Shown here: one piece after another, positions 62,651-64,000 of the stretch
Layout of the letters: every line of letters begins with the position of its first letter
Numbering within the stretch: the first letter of the stretch is position 1
DNA from: Sarcophilus harrisii
Taxonomy: Eukaryota
NCBI GenBank assembly: GCA_048593225.1
Contig: CM109176.1
Location: forward strand, 477,563,429 to 477,627,428
Length of the DNA stretch: 64,000 nucleotides
Direction of reading: 5' to 3'
Notes under the pieces: model-generated
Databases searched by the model: none
What the model was told of the DNA's origin: nothing
What the model saw: the letters and a program-made list of their open reading frames with translations, nothing else
Program-made: the position numbers and the translations under genes

Positions 62651-64000
62651 GTTCCCTAAATCTAGACTTTATCATTAGGAAGTAGCAGCAAATACACGGA
62701 GAATTTGACAAGATCCTTCAATTCTTGACAACTTCAAAACACAGACCCTAAAAAGAATGGCCAAAAAAACCTCTCCAAACCCAAAAGTATAAAATAGTTT
62801 GAAGAAATAAAGGACCAGAGATGTGCCTGTAAAACATGATTTTTCTCCCAAGACAGCTGGAAACAGTGGACACCATGTAGACTAAATAGAAAATCAAAAT
62901 TTTTTTTACTTTAACAAGTGCCTACCAAAGCGGAGTCATTTTTGATTTAGTTACACTTCTGTGCAGTCAGACCATTAACTAAAATAAAGGTTATAATCCA
63001 CAAGAATTAGAACATAAAAGACAGTAGTCAGTCAGCTTAACCAGTCTTATTTATTTCTTTATTTGTTTTGCTGAGACAATTGGTTAAATGACTTCTCCAG
63101 GGTCACATGGCTAGTAACTAGTCTTATTTAAAAAAAAAAAAAAAACAAAAAAAAACCCTGCTGACTCTGGAAAAAGGATATAAGTGGAAAAGGTTATGTA
63201 CATAATAACTTCTTAGAAAAATCAAACTGCAATCAAAAAGGCTGTAAGGATAAAGATCTCAGAAACTGCCAAGTTAAGTAGACACATGGAAGATACTTTA
63301 ATTGGAATATAAACTTATTTACAGATGAAGACTAAAGATTACAAATAGCACTTTTTCCCCCTTAAGTATTAGAGGGAAAGAAAAAGCATTTAAATGCTAT
63401 TATATGCAAATACTAGTCTCTAAATGCTTGTAAAACAATATTCAGATAACCCTGGAGCTCATTTCCTAATTATGGGAGACAACATATTAAAGAGGGTTCA
63501 TGATCACATTCAGTTCATGGCAGATGGAAATATTCAGTCATCCTTAAGCAGGGATTGTAGTAGGGGACATGTGGCAAGGAGTTTGGGGAATATGGCATGA
63601 CAAAAGTTTTCTGTCGATGGTTTAAGGATCAGGTGCAAGAGAGACAGATAAATGCAGGAACCCATTTCACCAAGGAGTAAATGTCCTCCATTTACAACTG
63701 CTCAGTAGATGCTGCTATTAAGTCTGTCAAGTCTTCACATTTACAACTTAGAGTAGGGTAGGGGAGGAGAGAAGAGGGAAAGATCCCTAGCTCCTCCCTG
63801 GGAAGATGGGTGGGAGGTGGCTGGTCCTAGTTAGGAACAAACCTGAAAGCTAGCTGTGATTCAAGAAGACCATCATCCTAAACATACAAGATATAGTTAC
63901 AAAGATCAACAAATTCTGGATTGTATATACAATAGTATTACTCTATACAACTGGAATTCTTTAAACTTCTTGGTTTTTCCTACAGACAGGCAGGCACATT

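Overview
This 64-kb window is vertebrate nuclear DNA, almost certainly marsupial. The interspersed repeats point that way: tRNA-derived, MIR-related SINEs with A-tails, opossum-type L1 3' ends, and an RTE/BovB LINE. It is not prokaryotic. I found no operons, CRISPR arrays or defence-type systems, so in that sense the window holds no undescribed biological system. Two protein-coding genes lie tail-to-tail. (1) On the + strand, CENPJ (CPAP) contributes 15 coding exons between about 1.1 kb and 35.2 kb. They include the characteristic ~1.6-kb large exon, the coiled-coil exons and the C-terminal G-box/TCP10 exons that end ...[17 protein letters not shown]. All splice phases are mutually consistent. 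(2) On the - strand, the 3' part of RNF17 (TDRD4) contributes at least nine coding exons from 60.7 kb down to 38.97 kb. They encode two extended Tudor domains: [19 protein letters not shown]... and [16 protein letters not shown]...[17 protein letters not shown]...[17 protein letters not shown] could not place the RNF17 terminal exon and 3' UTR, which should lie between 35.4 and 38.97 kb. Nor could I place RNF17 exons upstream of 60.7 kb. Introns are full of mobile elements: a near-complete RTE/BovB LINE (48.3-51.9 kb) carrying a nested L1 with a 14-bp target-site duplication, a second L1 with a 17-bp TSD, further L1 fragments, about 10 SINE/MIR copies, a putative solo LTR, a MITE-like element with terminal inverted repeats, and microsatellites. 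The more unusual structures are: a 48-bp near-perfect foldback hairpin in a CENPJ intron; a ~190-bp-arm inverted duplication in an RNF17 intron; and an intragenic ~245-bp duplication that copied an RNF17 3' splice site plus the first 33 nt of a Tudor exon into the downstream intron, leaving a decoy or pseudo-exon with an in-frame stop. Gene identities rest on my reading of the translated exons and on recall of the mammalian proteins. No database search was possible. In the features list, type CDS with an empty gene_symbol marks open reading frames flanked by good splice motifs that I did not accept as RNF17 exons.
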